A program made the position numbers and the translations under genes. A DNA stretch of 61,002 nt, counting the filler. It is 4 parts of 4 records of this genome, joined end to end, with 100 filler letters (N's around TTAATTAATTAA, not from the genome) between each part and the next. Parts side by side here need not be neighbours in the genome. Positions count along the whole stretch, not along the records: positions 51,804 to 61,002 come from SRR2962707_2236; 3 more parts are not named here. One strand, written 5' to 3'. Shown here piece after piece: positions 52,814-61,002 of this stretch. Numbering within the stretch: position 1 is the stretch's first letter; every line of letters starts with the position of its first letter. The notes beneath the pieces are model-generated. The model did no database searches, was not told the origin of the DNA, and saw nothing but the letters and a program-made list of their open reading frames with translations.

Positions 52814-54175
52814 TTATTTTTTCTTCTTTTTATTACGCTGATTGTAGTTTTTATCGCCTCTTGTTTTAGGTTTTTTATATTTCTGTTTTATGGTTCTTCT
52901 GTAAGAACCTCCTTGATTTGTTTTCTTATTTTTCTCCTTTTTTTCATGAAAACTAGCTCCAGGAGCATCTTCATCCAGACGTTTATGTGGATTATCAGGT
53001 TCTATAACTCTGGGTTGCTCTTCTGAAGTTAATTGTTTTGAAACTTCAACTTCCTCAGGGAAATCATGCTGAGGGATTTCCATTTTCATCAATTCCTCAA
53101 TAGCCTCTTTATTTTCTTTTTCCTTTTCAGTAAAAAATAAAATAGCACTTCCCTTCTCCTCTGCTCTACCGGTTCTACCAATACGATGCATATAATTTTC
53201 TGGAAAAGCTGGCGTATCAAAATTAAAAACGTGAGATATTTTATCTAGATCCAAGCCACGAGCCATAACATCTGTAGTAACAAGTATTCTATGAACACCC
53301 TCTTCAAACTCCTCAATAGAGCGCAATCTATAATTTTGGGTCTTATTAGAGTGAATTACACAAACATCATCCTTAAAATTCTCGGTAAGTACGGTGTATA
53401 ATAAGTCAGCACTTTTTTTATTGGAGACAAAAACCAATACTTTTTTGAAAACTTCCTTATCTTTTAAGATATGATGAAGCAAATTAATTTTGGTATAAAA
53501 GTTAGGAACACTATAGCAACTTTGGTCAATGTTTTCCAGCGGTGTACCACTAACAGCAACCGATACTTTTTCTGTTCCTCGGAAGAAATCCTGAATTAAA
53601 GTTTCTATTTCATCGGTCATAGTAGCCGAAAACATAATGTTTTGACGGCGCTCTGGTAATAATTCAAAAATATTATTTAATTGAAATCTAAAACCTAAAT
53701 CCAGCATTACATCTACTTCATCAATAACTAGTTTTTTTACGGCTTTTAACTGTACAGCTCTACTAATTACCAAATCGTATAAACGTCCAGGAGTTGCTAC
53801 AATGATATCGGTTCCTTGCGCTAAAGCTTCTTTTTGACGATTTATATTTGTCCCTCCATAAACTCCTTCAACCCTAATATTCATGTATTTACTAAACTTA
53901 GCAATCTCTTCTACCACTTGTACCACAAGTTCTCTTGTTGGAACCATTACCAATACACGAGGATTTACTTGTTTAGAAAATTTTAATCCCTGAAGGATAG
54001 GGAGCATATATGCAAAAGTTTTTCCCGTTCCCGTTTGTGCTATTCCAATAACATCTTTTCCAGACATTACCACTGGAAATGCTTTTTCTTGGATTGGCGT
54101 AGGATTTTCAAAGCCTAAATCCTCTATTGCATACTGTAATTGGTTTGATATTTTAAATTCGTCAAAAGATTGCAT
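52814..54175 (-). CDS. DEAD-box RNA helicase (RhlE-like, DEVD variant) with basic C-tail
   Basis: PTPIQ, AQTGTGKT, PTREL, TPGR, DEVD, SAT, ARGLD, HRIGRTGR. Confidence 0.93.
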   Translation of the reverse strand: MQSFDEFKISNQLQYAIEDLGFENPTPIQEKAFPVVMSGKDVIGIAQTGTGKTFAYMLPILQGLKFSKQVNPRVLVMVPTRELVVQVVEEIAKFSKYMNIRVEGVYGGTNINRQKEALAQGTDIIVATPGRLYDLVISRAVQLKAVKKLVIDEVDVMLDLGFRFQLNNIFELLPERRQNIMFSATMTDEIETLIQDFFRGTEKVSVAVSGTPLENIDQSCYSVPNFYTKINLLHHILKDKEVFKKVLVFVSNKKSADLLYTVLTENFKDDVCVIHSNKTQNYRLRSIEEFEEGVHRILVTTDVMARGLDLDKISHVFNFDTPAFPENYMHRIGRTGRAEEKGSAILFFTEKEKENKEAIEELMKMEIPQHDFPEEVEVSKQLTSEEQPRVIEPDNPHKRLDEDAPGASFHEKKEKNKKTNQGGSYRRTIKQKYKKPKTRGDKNYNQRNKKKKK

Positions 54176-54196
54176 ATCTATACTTTTTTCCTTCCA

Positions 54197-54204
54197 CAAA
54201 AGTA
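54197..54204 (-). promoter_or_regulatory. Bacteroidetes -7 promoter element
   Basis: TACTTTTG (TAnnTTTG) 21 nt upstream of ATG 54175. Confidence 0.6.
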
Positions 54205-54262
54205 GTGGGATTTAATTTTAAAACTTATGGATCCTAAATAATTAAAACTATTATTAACAGAG

Positions 54263-55573
54263 TTATATAACAGTTACTCGTACCTTTTTCTTTTTCAACC
54301 TACTGTTATTCAAGGCTTCTACTAATTTTGTAGCTTCAGAAGCTGGTACGGCTACAAAGGTACAATCTTGCTTTAATTCAATAATACCTAATTGGTCTTT
54401 ATTTAAATTACCTTGCTTAAAAAATAAGCCAGCTATATCTCCTTTTGAAATTTTATCTTTCCGTCCGCCAGATACAAATAATGTTTGCCAGTAATTAGGC
54501 TTGATGGGTGTTTTTTTAGAAATATCTGCAGTTGTAGTCTTTTTAATAAAATCGGGAAAATTCTCTTTCTCTTCTTTTAAAACATAGGCTGTTCCTTTAG
54601 CATTTACCCGTGCAGTTCTACCATTTCTGTGTGTAAACTCATTAGCATTAAAAGGAAGCTGATAATGGATAATATATTTTATCTCTGGAATATCAATCCC
54701 ACGAGCTGCCAAATCGGTAGCTAATAACACATTAAAAGTTCCATTTCTAAATTTTATAAGGGAACGCTCTCTATCTTTTTGCTCCATTCCTCCATGAAAA
54801 CAACCATGAGAAATATGATTCCTACTAAGAAAATTACTCACCTCTTGAATACTATCTTTTAAATTGCAAAAGATAATTCCAGGTTCATTTCCTTCGTGTT
54901 CTATAACATCTAATAGCGTTTTTAATCTTTTTCCTGAAGGAGAAATTACAGTTTTTATAGCTAATTTTGAAGCTTCTTTATTTAGATAATTTATAACTGT
55001 AGAATTCTGAAACTTAACAAAATTAGGTATTTTAACTCCTTGTGTTGCAGAGGTTAATATGCGTCTATCTAAATTATTAAGTTCAATTATAATTTCCTTC
55101 ATTTCTTCTTCAAATCCTACTTCTAACGATTTATCAAATTCGTCTAAAACTAAAGTTTTAATATATTCAGTAGAAAAGCGTTCTTGTACAAAATGATCGG
55201 ACATTCTCCCTGGAGTTCCTATTAGAATAGCGGGAGTATGCTTTAATTCAATTTTATCTTTCGACATAGCGCGACCTCCATAAACTGCATTGACTTTGTA
55301 GCCAGTTCCCATATTTCTAATAACCTGCTCTATTTGAATAGCCAATTCTCTAGAAGGAACTAAAATAAGAGCTTGGACTTCTTCACAGGTAGGATCTAAT
55401 CTCTCTAGTATAGGGAGTAAAAAAGCTAATGTTTTTCCTGTTCCTGTAGGAGAAAGAATAATTGTGTTGACTGAATTTTTTATTACTGAAAGAGCTTCTT
55501 CTTGCATATCGTTTAACTGATAAATATTCAGTTTCTCAAGAATCTCTTGTTGATCTTTTATAGTATTGGCCAT
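54263..55573 (-). CDS. DEAD-box RNA helicase with DbpA-type C-terminal RNA-binding domain (DEFD variant)
   Basis: SPTGTGKT, PSRELA, GTPGR, DEFD, SAT, ARGID, HRNGRTAR, GGRKDKISKGDIAG. Confidence 0.92.
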   Translation of the reverse strand: MANTIKDQQEILEKLNIYQLNDMQEEALSVIKNSVNTIILSPTGTGKTLAFLLPILERLDPTCEEVQALILVPSRELAIQIEQVIRNMGTGYKVNAVYGGRAMSKDKIELKHTPAILIGTPGRMSDHFVQERFSTEYIKTLVLDEFDKSLEVGFEEEMKEIIIELNNLDRRILTSATQGVKIPNFVKFQNSTVINYLNKEASKLAIKTVISPSGKRLKTLLDVIEHEGNEPGIIFCNLKDSIQEVSNFLSRNHISHGCFHGGMEQKDRERSLIKFRNGTFNVLLATDLAARGIDIPEIKYIIHYQLPFNANEFTHRNGRTARVNAKGTAYVLKEEKENFPDFIKKTTTADISKKTPIKPNYWQTLFVSGGRKDKISKGDIAGLFFKQGNLNKDQLGIIELKQDCTFVAVPASEATKLVEALNNSRLKKKKVRVTVI

Positions 55574-55596
55574 TATTTATAACTTAAGCACTAATT

Positions 55597-55620
55597 TTTT
55601 ACTCGATAATCGAAATTTGA
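55597..55620. repeat. 24-nt intergenic motif, copy 1
   Basis: TTTTACTCGATAATCGAAATTTGA; 23/24 identical to 57134-57157. Confidence 0.75.
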
Positions 55621-55689
55621 ATACTCCAAAGCCTGTTCTGAGTTCACCAAAGGGCTTCTGTCTATTTTATACCTCTAATATCTAGTATA

Positions 55690-57033
55690 CTAGCTTCGAG
55701 ATGGTTTTCGTTTCTTTTCATTCACCTCTTTAGTAGGTGTAGCTTGTTGGTTTAAGTAATTTGCTAGTAACTTATCTACCAACTCTTCTTTTGTTAAATG
55801 ATGAAATACGGTATGCACTTTCTCTCTAAATTCAGGAGATACTGTGTGGTTAGGCTTTGTTTTAAATATTTTTTTAGCCCATAAAAGGGTGTTATTCTCT
55901 TCAATACTTTTAGCGTCTGCTTTCTTAAACTTTTTAAAAGTAATCCCTAGTTCATTTTCAAATTCACTTAATTCGCTTACTTCCTCTTCTTGTAAAACAG
56001 TCAATGCGAGTCCGTTTGCTCCTGCTCTTGCAGTACGACCACTTCTATGTACATACGCTTCAAAAGTATCTGGAAGATGATAATTTATAACATAAGAAAT
56101 ATCTTTTACATCTATTCCACGTGCTGCCAAATCTGTAGCTACTAGAATATTAATATGTCCTTCTCTAAACTGCCCCATAATTCGATCTCTTATAGGCTGA
56201 GAAAGGCTCCCATGTAATGCCCCCGAAGAAAATTTATTAATAGCTAAGTTTTTAGCAAGCTTATTTACGGCAGCTTTAGTTTTACAGAAAATTATTCCCT
56301 GTTCTCCATTTTTACTGTTTAGAAAATGCATTAAAACTTCTAGCTTTTCAATAGGTTCTACCACTACGTATTTATGATCTATTCCTTGATGTCCGCTAGT
56401 TTCCATATCTACCGACACCTGAATTACATGTTTAGACATATAATTTTGAATCAGCTGTTTTATAGTTCCAGGCATTGTTGCTGTAAAAAGCATTGTCCTA
56501 CGATTTTTAGGAAGCTCAGCTACAATTTCATCTAAACCTTCTTTTAGCGAAGTAACCATTTCGTCGGCTTCATCTAAAACTAAATAAGAAGCTTTTTTGA
56601 TATCGATTGCTTTTCGCTTAATCAAATCTATTAAACGCCCAGGAGTTGCCACAACAATATGTGTGTCCTTTTTAAGTCGTTCTATTTGTGGTTTTATAGG
56701 AATCCCACCACAAATGGATGCAATAGAAACTGTAGGTAAATTAGTAGCAAAAGACTCTAAATTTGTATAAATCTGCTGTCCTAATTCTCTGGTTGGGGCT
56801 ACAATAACTGCTTGAATATGAGATTTTTCAGTATTAATTAATTGCAGGATAGGTAAACCAAAAGCAGCAGTTTTTCCTGTTCCAGTTTTAGCTACTCCAA
56901 CAAAATCATCCTTTTTAGTGAGGATTATAGGGATTGCTTTTTCTTGAATTTCTGTGGGAGTGTTTATTTCTAAATCGAATAAACTATGCTGAAGAGGCTC
57001 AATAACCCCTAATTTTGAGAACGGTGTGGACAT
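55690..57033 (-). CDS. DEAD-box RNA helicase (DeaD/CshA-like, short C-terminus)
   Basis: PTEIQ, AKTGTGKTAAF, PTRELG, TPGRL, DEAD, TAT, ARGID, HRSGRTAR. Confidence 0.93.
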   Translation of the reverse strand: MSTPFSKLGVIEPLQHSLFDLEINTPTEIQEKAIPIILTKKDDFVGVAKTGTGKTAAFGLPILQLINTEKSHIQAVIVAPTRELGQQIYTNLESFATNLPTVSIASICGGIPIKPQIERLKKDTHIVVATPGRLIDLIKRKAIDIKKASYLVLDEADEMVTSLKEGLDEIVAELPKNRRTMLFTATMPGTIKQLIQNYMSKHVIQVSVDMETSGHQGIDHKYVVVEPIEKLEVLMHFLNSKNGEQGIIFCKTKAAVNKLAKNLAINKFSSGALHGSLSQPIRDRIMGQFREGHINILVATDLAARGIDVKDISYVINYHLPDTFEAYVHRSGRTARAGANGLALTVLQEEEVSELSEFENELGITFKKFKKADAKSIEENNTLLWAKKIFKTKPNHTVSPEFREKVHTVFHHLTKEELVDKLLANYLNQQATPTKEVNEKKRKPSRS

Positions 57034-57047
57034 GAATATAATTTCAG

Positions 57048-57055
57048 CAAAGATA
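57048..57055 (-). promoter_or_regulatory. Bacteroidetes -7 promoter element
   Basis: TATCTTTG 14 nt upstream of ATG 57033. Confidence 0.6.
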
Positions 57056-57133
57056 TTGTATCTATATTAAAAGAAATCATTTAATTATGGATATCTCACA
57101 AAGGCAGTATTTATAGGAAGAAAATTACTACAG

Positions 57134-57157
57134 TTTTACTCGATAATCTAAATTTGA
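57134..57157. repeat. 24-nt intergenic motif, copy 2
   Basis: TTTTACTCGATAATCTAAATTTGA. Confidence 0.75.
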
Positions 57158-57236
57158 TAGAAAGTAAAAAATAAAGATGATAGTATAGAATTTAAATGAT
57201 TGTTAGGAAGTATTGGTATTAAAATTGTTTAAAAAA

Positions 57237-58235
57237 TCAATTTCCTTTTATTCTAGTCCAAAGCTCTTTCATTAATTTTTGAGCATCATCTCTTCCCTTT
57301 TTGGTTTCTGAGAATTGTAGTAATCCGTTATTATTGATTTGGATTTTATACTGAAAAACAAAATCTTCAGCTTCAGAATCTAAACTCATTAATCCGAAGC
57401 GTAAATCGTTGAAAAACAACTCATTTTCTCGGACAGAAATACTATACCATCCTTTAGAAATATGAATCATCCGCTGCATTTTATCATTTTCTTTAATAGT
57501 ATCAATAAGCTCATGATTTTTAGGGCGACTCTCAAAAGTAATTGGTTGTGAGTCGAATAAAGAATAAGTACCTAAGAGAAATGAGTCTTTTGTATTTACA
57601 TTAGCATTCCATAAAACAGTATTCATAGGAGATGGTCTGGTGTCTATTTCGGAATATGCTATATGTTGTTCTTTCAAAGCGTTTTCAAATTTGGTGTAGG
57701 TTACCCACTTTAAAATTAAGGTCAGCATTAAATAGCTCGTACTCAATATTAGTCCCATTTTATTATAAAAACTCCGTTTTTTAGAAGTTCGTTTCTTACA
57801 CATTGTAAGTAGTAAAAATACAATAAAAGGAAGCGTATATAGTGGATCGATAACAAAGATAGATTTAAAAGCTACCCTATAATCCAAAGGCCAGAAGAGT
57901 TGGGTTCCCCATGTAGTAAAGGCGTCCAAAAGTGGGTGTGTTAAAAATCCCCAGAAAAATAAAAGAGTCCACCCTTTAAAATCTTTATAGGATTGATATT
58001 TAGAGACAAGCCATCCAAAAATAGGAGCAAAAATTATAGAAAACAAAATAGAATGTGTAAACCCGCGATGCATTTCTAGCACAGTAACTGTATCCGTAAA
58101 GTTACTTGCCAATACATCTAAATCTGGAATAGTACCAGCAATAGCACCATATAACATTGCTTTATTGCCTATCTTTTTCCCGAGAACAGCTTCTCCAACA
58201 GCGGCTCCTAATACTATTTGTGTAAGTGAATCCAT
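57237..58235 (-). CDS. Membrane-bound metal-dependent hydrolase (YdjM family)
   Basis: MDSLTQIVLGAA, PDLD, HRGFTHS, THPLLDAFTTWG, FVIDPLYT; TATGTTTG promoter-like element at 58244-58251. Confidence 0.88.
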   Translation of the reverse strand: MDSLTQIVLGAAVGEAVLGKKIGNKAMLYGAIAGTIPDLDVLASNFTDTVTVLEMHRGFTHSILFSIIFAPIFGWLVSKYQSYKDFKGWTLLFFWGFLTHPLLDAFTTWGTQLFWPLDYRVAFKSIFVIDPLYTLPFIVFLLLTMCKKRTSKKRSFYNKMGLILSTSYLMLTLILKWVTYTKFENALKEQHIAYSEIDTRPSPMNTVLWNANVNTKDSFLLGTYSLFDSQPITFESRPKNHELIDTIKENDKMQRMIHISKGWYSISVRENELFFNDLRFGLMSLDSEAEDFVFQYKIQINNNGLLQFSETKKGRDDAQKLMKELWTRIKGN

Positions 58236-58524
58236 ATTTTTTACAAACATAGGTTATCTTATAAAATAGTTTTATTATTTCATACAAATAAATTCAATCA
58301 GACCAATTAATTTTCAATAATTTTTAGAATTAAAAAGTAGCACTTGCACAAAAATATAAGATCGCTTTGCTATAAGAATAAAGAGTAATTACCATAAAAT
58401 TTTTAGTTTATAGAGAAACCTCTTTAAATTTATTGTAGAGGTTTTCTTATGAAAATTCACAAATTCTTTAATTTATTAAGTGAATCTCTATCTTCGCAAA
58501 AGTATTTACATTAAAATGAATTCT

Positions 58525-58555
58525 TGAGGAATTAAACCCTCTATGAAGGATTAAA
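58525..58555 (+). repeat. 31-nt hairpin-containing element, copy 1, in the leader of the pseudouridine synthase gene
   Basis: TGAGGAATTAAACCCTCTATGAAGGATTAAA; 28/31 identical to the reverse complement of 60964-60994. Confidence 0.75.
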
Positions 58556-58564
58556 GAATTAGGA

Positions 58565-59137
58565 ATGACTACCAAGCATCTACATTTTAAATTATATAAA
58601 CCTTATGGAATTATTAGTCAAATGGCTAGTAATGATCTCCGTCAGGCTCGAAAAAAACGATTTTTAAAGGAACTTTATAATTTCCCTGATGGGATAATGC
58701 CTATTGGGAGACTTGATGAAAAATCTGAAGGACTTTTACTTATGACTACTGATGGAAAATTGAGTGACACTATTAACCGAAGTGGAATAGAAAAAGAATA
58801 TTATGCTTTGGTTGATGGAGATATAACGGAAGAGGCTATAACACAATTACAAAACGGACTAAAAATAGGTTTGCATGGCGAAAAATATAAAACGCAGCCA
58901 TGTAGAGCCAAAAAAATAGCTACTCCAAAGCTTCCTGAACGTAAAAAGAAGATTAGAGATGCACGGCACGGTCCTACAAGCTGGGTAAGTATTATCCTAA
59001 CAGAAGGTAAATTTCATCAAGTTCGTAAAATGACATCTGCAGTAGGCTTTCCTACATTGCGATTAGTTAGAGTTCGTATTGGAGATATTTCTTTAGGTAA
59101 TATAGAGCCTGGAGAGGTAAGAGAAATAAAAATGTAA
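58565..59137 (+). CDS. rRNA pseudouridine synthase, RsuA family (RluE-like, no S4 domain)
   Basis: YKPYG, IGRLDEKSEGLLLMT, EKEY, LTEGKFHQVRKMTSAVGFPTLRLVRVRIG. Confidence 0.9.
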   Translation: MTTKHLHFKLYKPYGIISQMASNDLRQARKKRFLKELYNFPDGIMPIGRLDEKSEGLLLMTTDGKLSDTINRSGIEKEYYALVDGDITEEAITQLQNGLKIGLHGEKYKTQPCRAKKIATPKLPERKKKIRDARHGPTSWVSIILTEGKFHQVRKMTSAVGFPTLRLVRVRIGDISLGNIEPGEVREIKM

Positions 59138-59253
59138 ACGTTTTAAGTTTCTATTTCTTTTTTTATGCTCTAAAGCTAGTGAAATGGTGACGTTTGATTT
59201 AATAAAGGAAATTTCTTTTGCTACTCCTTTTTTACTAGCGTAAATGATGCACT

Positions 59254-59630
59254 CCCCCGCTAGCGCGAGCGTCACACTCGTGCTCATTAAAACCCGCTGC
59301 CGCACGAATCCTTTCGTTTGGTAGTTGTCTTTTATCCATAATGCTTAAATTTTGTAAAAGTTTCTACTTATATTTTATTACCAATATTACTATCCCTGTG
59401 GAATGCGATACAATCGCGCACCAGCGGGGGTTTGACCTGGGTACTATTTAACACCTTGTTCCACTCCGCATTTACTATCCCCTTGAGGGGATTATAGGGG
59501 TGTTTGTTTCATTGTTTTTACTTCTTACTCATAATTGGTGCAAGCTTAGCTCTTACGTTAACTGGGCTTCCCCGCTGCCGCACGAATCCTTTCGTGTGGT
59601 AATATTCTCTTAGCCATAATATTAAAATTT
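59254..59630. repeat. Cluster of GC-rich REP-like fragments in AT-rich intergenic DNA
   Basis: Identical 25-mer CCCGCTGCCGCACGAATCCTTTCGT at 59293-59317 and 59571-59595; CCCCCGCTAGCGCGAGCGTCACACTCGTGC; ...CAGCGGGGG; CCCCTTGAGGGG. Confidence 0.75.
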
Positions 59631-59662
59631 AATTTTTTGGTCAATATTGAATATACCCTTAC

Positions 59663-60931
59663 TTACTCCTCCTTTTCATGCTCTTCAATATCTTTTCTAA
59701 GATCTAGTTTTCTAAAAGCAGGAGAAACAATTCCTGTAGTTACAACTGTTATTAATGTCATTGTACCACCAAAAACTACAGCGCTAACTGTTCCCATTAA
59801 TCGTGCTGTTAGTCCGCTTTCAAAAGCCCCTAACTCGTTAGACGATCCTACAAACATAGAATTAACCGATGCTACTCTACCACGCATATGGTCTGGAGTA
59901 CGCAGTTGTAAAATGGTTTGTCTAATAATCATTGAGATCCCATCGAAAACTCCACTTAAGAAAAGTGCTAATACAGATACCCAAAACCATGTTGAGAGTC
60001 CGAAAACAATAATACACACACCAAATCCAAAGATAGCTCCAAGAAGTTTCATTCCAGCACTTTTATTAAGCGGGAAATAAGCAGATGTAAACATTGTTAT
60101 TAATGCTCCTACAGCTGGGGCGGCTCTTAAAACTCCAAAACCTTGAGAACCTACATGTAAAATATCTTGTGCAAAAACAGGTAATAGCGCTACAGCCCCA
60201 CCAAAAAGTACAGCAATCATATCTAAAGTTATAGCCCCTAGAATTACTTTAGTACTAAATACAAACCGAACTCCTTCTCGCAAGCTTTTAAATACATTTT
60301 CTCCTATTTTAGGATTTAAAATTGGCTTTTTAGGGATCTGAAGTAGGTTAACAAATGCTATTAAAGAAAAACCAAAAATTAGACACATAGACCAATGTAC
60401 ACCAATCCAATTAATACTAAATCCAGCTAATGCTGGCCCTAGAACAGCTCCCATTTGCCAAACAGAACTACTCCATGTTGCTGCATTTGGATATACCTTT
60501 TTGGGTACAATTAAAGAAAATAAAGAAAAAATGGTAGGCCCTAAAAAAGCACGTACAAAACCACCTAGAAAAACTAAAAAGTAAATACAATACAAAACAA
60601 TATCAGTAGGCCATTCTCCAATAATTTTAGGCCACGTTAATAAAAAGAGTCCGAAACTAATTACAGAAAATCCTAAAATACACTTTAACAATAAGCCTCT
60701 TTTTTCCTTTTGATCTACTACATGTCCTGCAAAAAGTGCTAAGGAAACCGCAGGAATAACCTCCATTAGTCCGATAATTCCTAAAGATAACGGGTCTTTT
60801 GTAATACTATATACCTCCCACTCTATTACTACAAATTGCATTGACCATGCAAAAACCATTGCAAAACGGACAATCAAAAATATGTTGAATTCTTTGTAAC
60901 GCAGTGCTGCGTAGGGATCATTCTTTGCCAA
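59663..60931 (-). CDS. MFS transporter (MFS_3/H+ antiporter-like), TTG start
   Basis: PYAALRYKEF, AGHVVD, LDMIAVLFGGAVALLPVFA.DIL, PDHMRGRV.SVNS.FVGSSNELGAFESG. Confidence 0.9.
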   Translation of the reverse strand: MAKNDPYAALRYKEFNIFLIVRFAMVFAWSMQFVVIEWEVYSITKDPLSLGIIGLMEVIPAVSLALFAGHVVDQKEKRGLLLKCILGFSVISFGLFLLTWPKIIGEWPTDIVLYCIYFLVFLGGFVRAFLGPTIFSLFSLIVPKKVYPNAATWSSSVWQMGAVLGPALAGFSINWIGVHWSMCLIFGFSLIAFVNLLQIPKKPILNPKIGENVFKSLREGVRFVFSTKVILGAITLDMIAVLFGGAVALLPVFAQDILHVGSQGFGVLRAAPAVGALITMFTSAYFPLNKSAGMKLLGAIFGFGVCIIVFGLSTWFWVSVLALFLSGVFDGISMIIRQTILQLRTPDHMRGRVASVNSMFVGSSNELGAFESGLTARLMGTVSAVVFGGTMTLITVVTTGIVSPAFRKLDLRKDIEEHEKEE

Positions 60932-60963
60932 AATATTGATAATTTGAAGTTGTTCTTTTTCTA

Positions 60964-60994
60964 TTTAATCCCTCATTGAGGGTTTTATTCCTCA
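60964..60994 (-). repeat. 31-nt hairpin-containing element, copy 2, upstream of the MFS gene
   Basis: Minus strand TGAGGAATAAAACCCTCAATGAGGGATTAAA. Confidence 0.75.
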
Positions 60995-61002
60995 GAGCCT
61001 GT

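Noticed and set aside
59093-59305. 70-aa minus-strand ORF
   Set aside because: Starts inside repeat fragments and overlaps the synthase 3' end; no recognisable motif.
59293-59595. CRISPR array
   Set aside because: Only two repeat copies, 278 nt apart, and no cas genes.

Overview
The window is not one locus. It is four unrelated contigs joined by artificial 100-nt linkers (44 N + TTAATTAATTAA + 44 N) at 10051-10150, 28833-28932 and 51704-51803. (1) 1-10050: a very GC-rich alphaproteobacterium (Parvibaculum-like, my impression). It carries a biotin cluster (bioB partial, bioF, bioD) split by a divergent pair, a PiuC/YbiX-type Fe(II)/2OG dioxygenase and a secreted Gly-Glu-repeat protein, which share a Fur/Mur-like palindrome. 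It also has ada-alkA/ogt, an MFS transporter, a Zn alcohol dehydrogenase and three REP-like elements. (2) 10151-28832: a medium-GC alphaproteobacterium (Thalassospira-like, my impression) with creatinase, a TRAP/IdnD-like/GntR/uxuA/uxuB/kdgK sugar-acid cluster, a decayed dehydrogenase, a sugar ABC + lactonase operon facing a soluble GAF kinase/response regulator pair, and the 3' end of gyrB. (3) 28933-51703: eukaryotic DNA, almost entirely one ~21.8-kb intron-containing gene for an unusually large VPS13-like lipid-transfer protein with several PH-like inserts and a possible RBD/ubiquitin-like insert. (4) 51804-61002: an AT-rich Bacteroidetes (Flavobacteriaceae-like) contig with EamA, three tandem DEAD-box helicases, a membrane hydrolase, an RluE-like synthase, an MFS transporter and several short dispersed repeats. 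The best candidate for an undescribed system is the iron-box-flanked hydroxylase + (GE/GGE)n secreted protein pair. All family calls come from motif recognition by eye; no searches were run.
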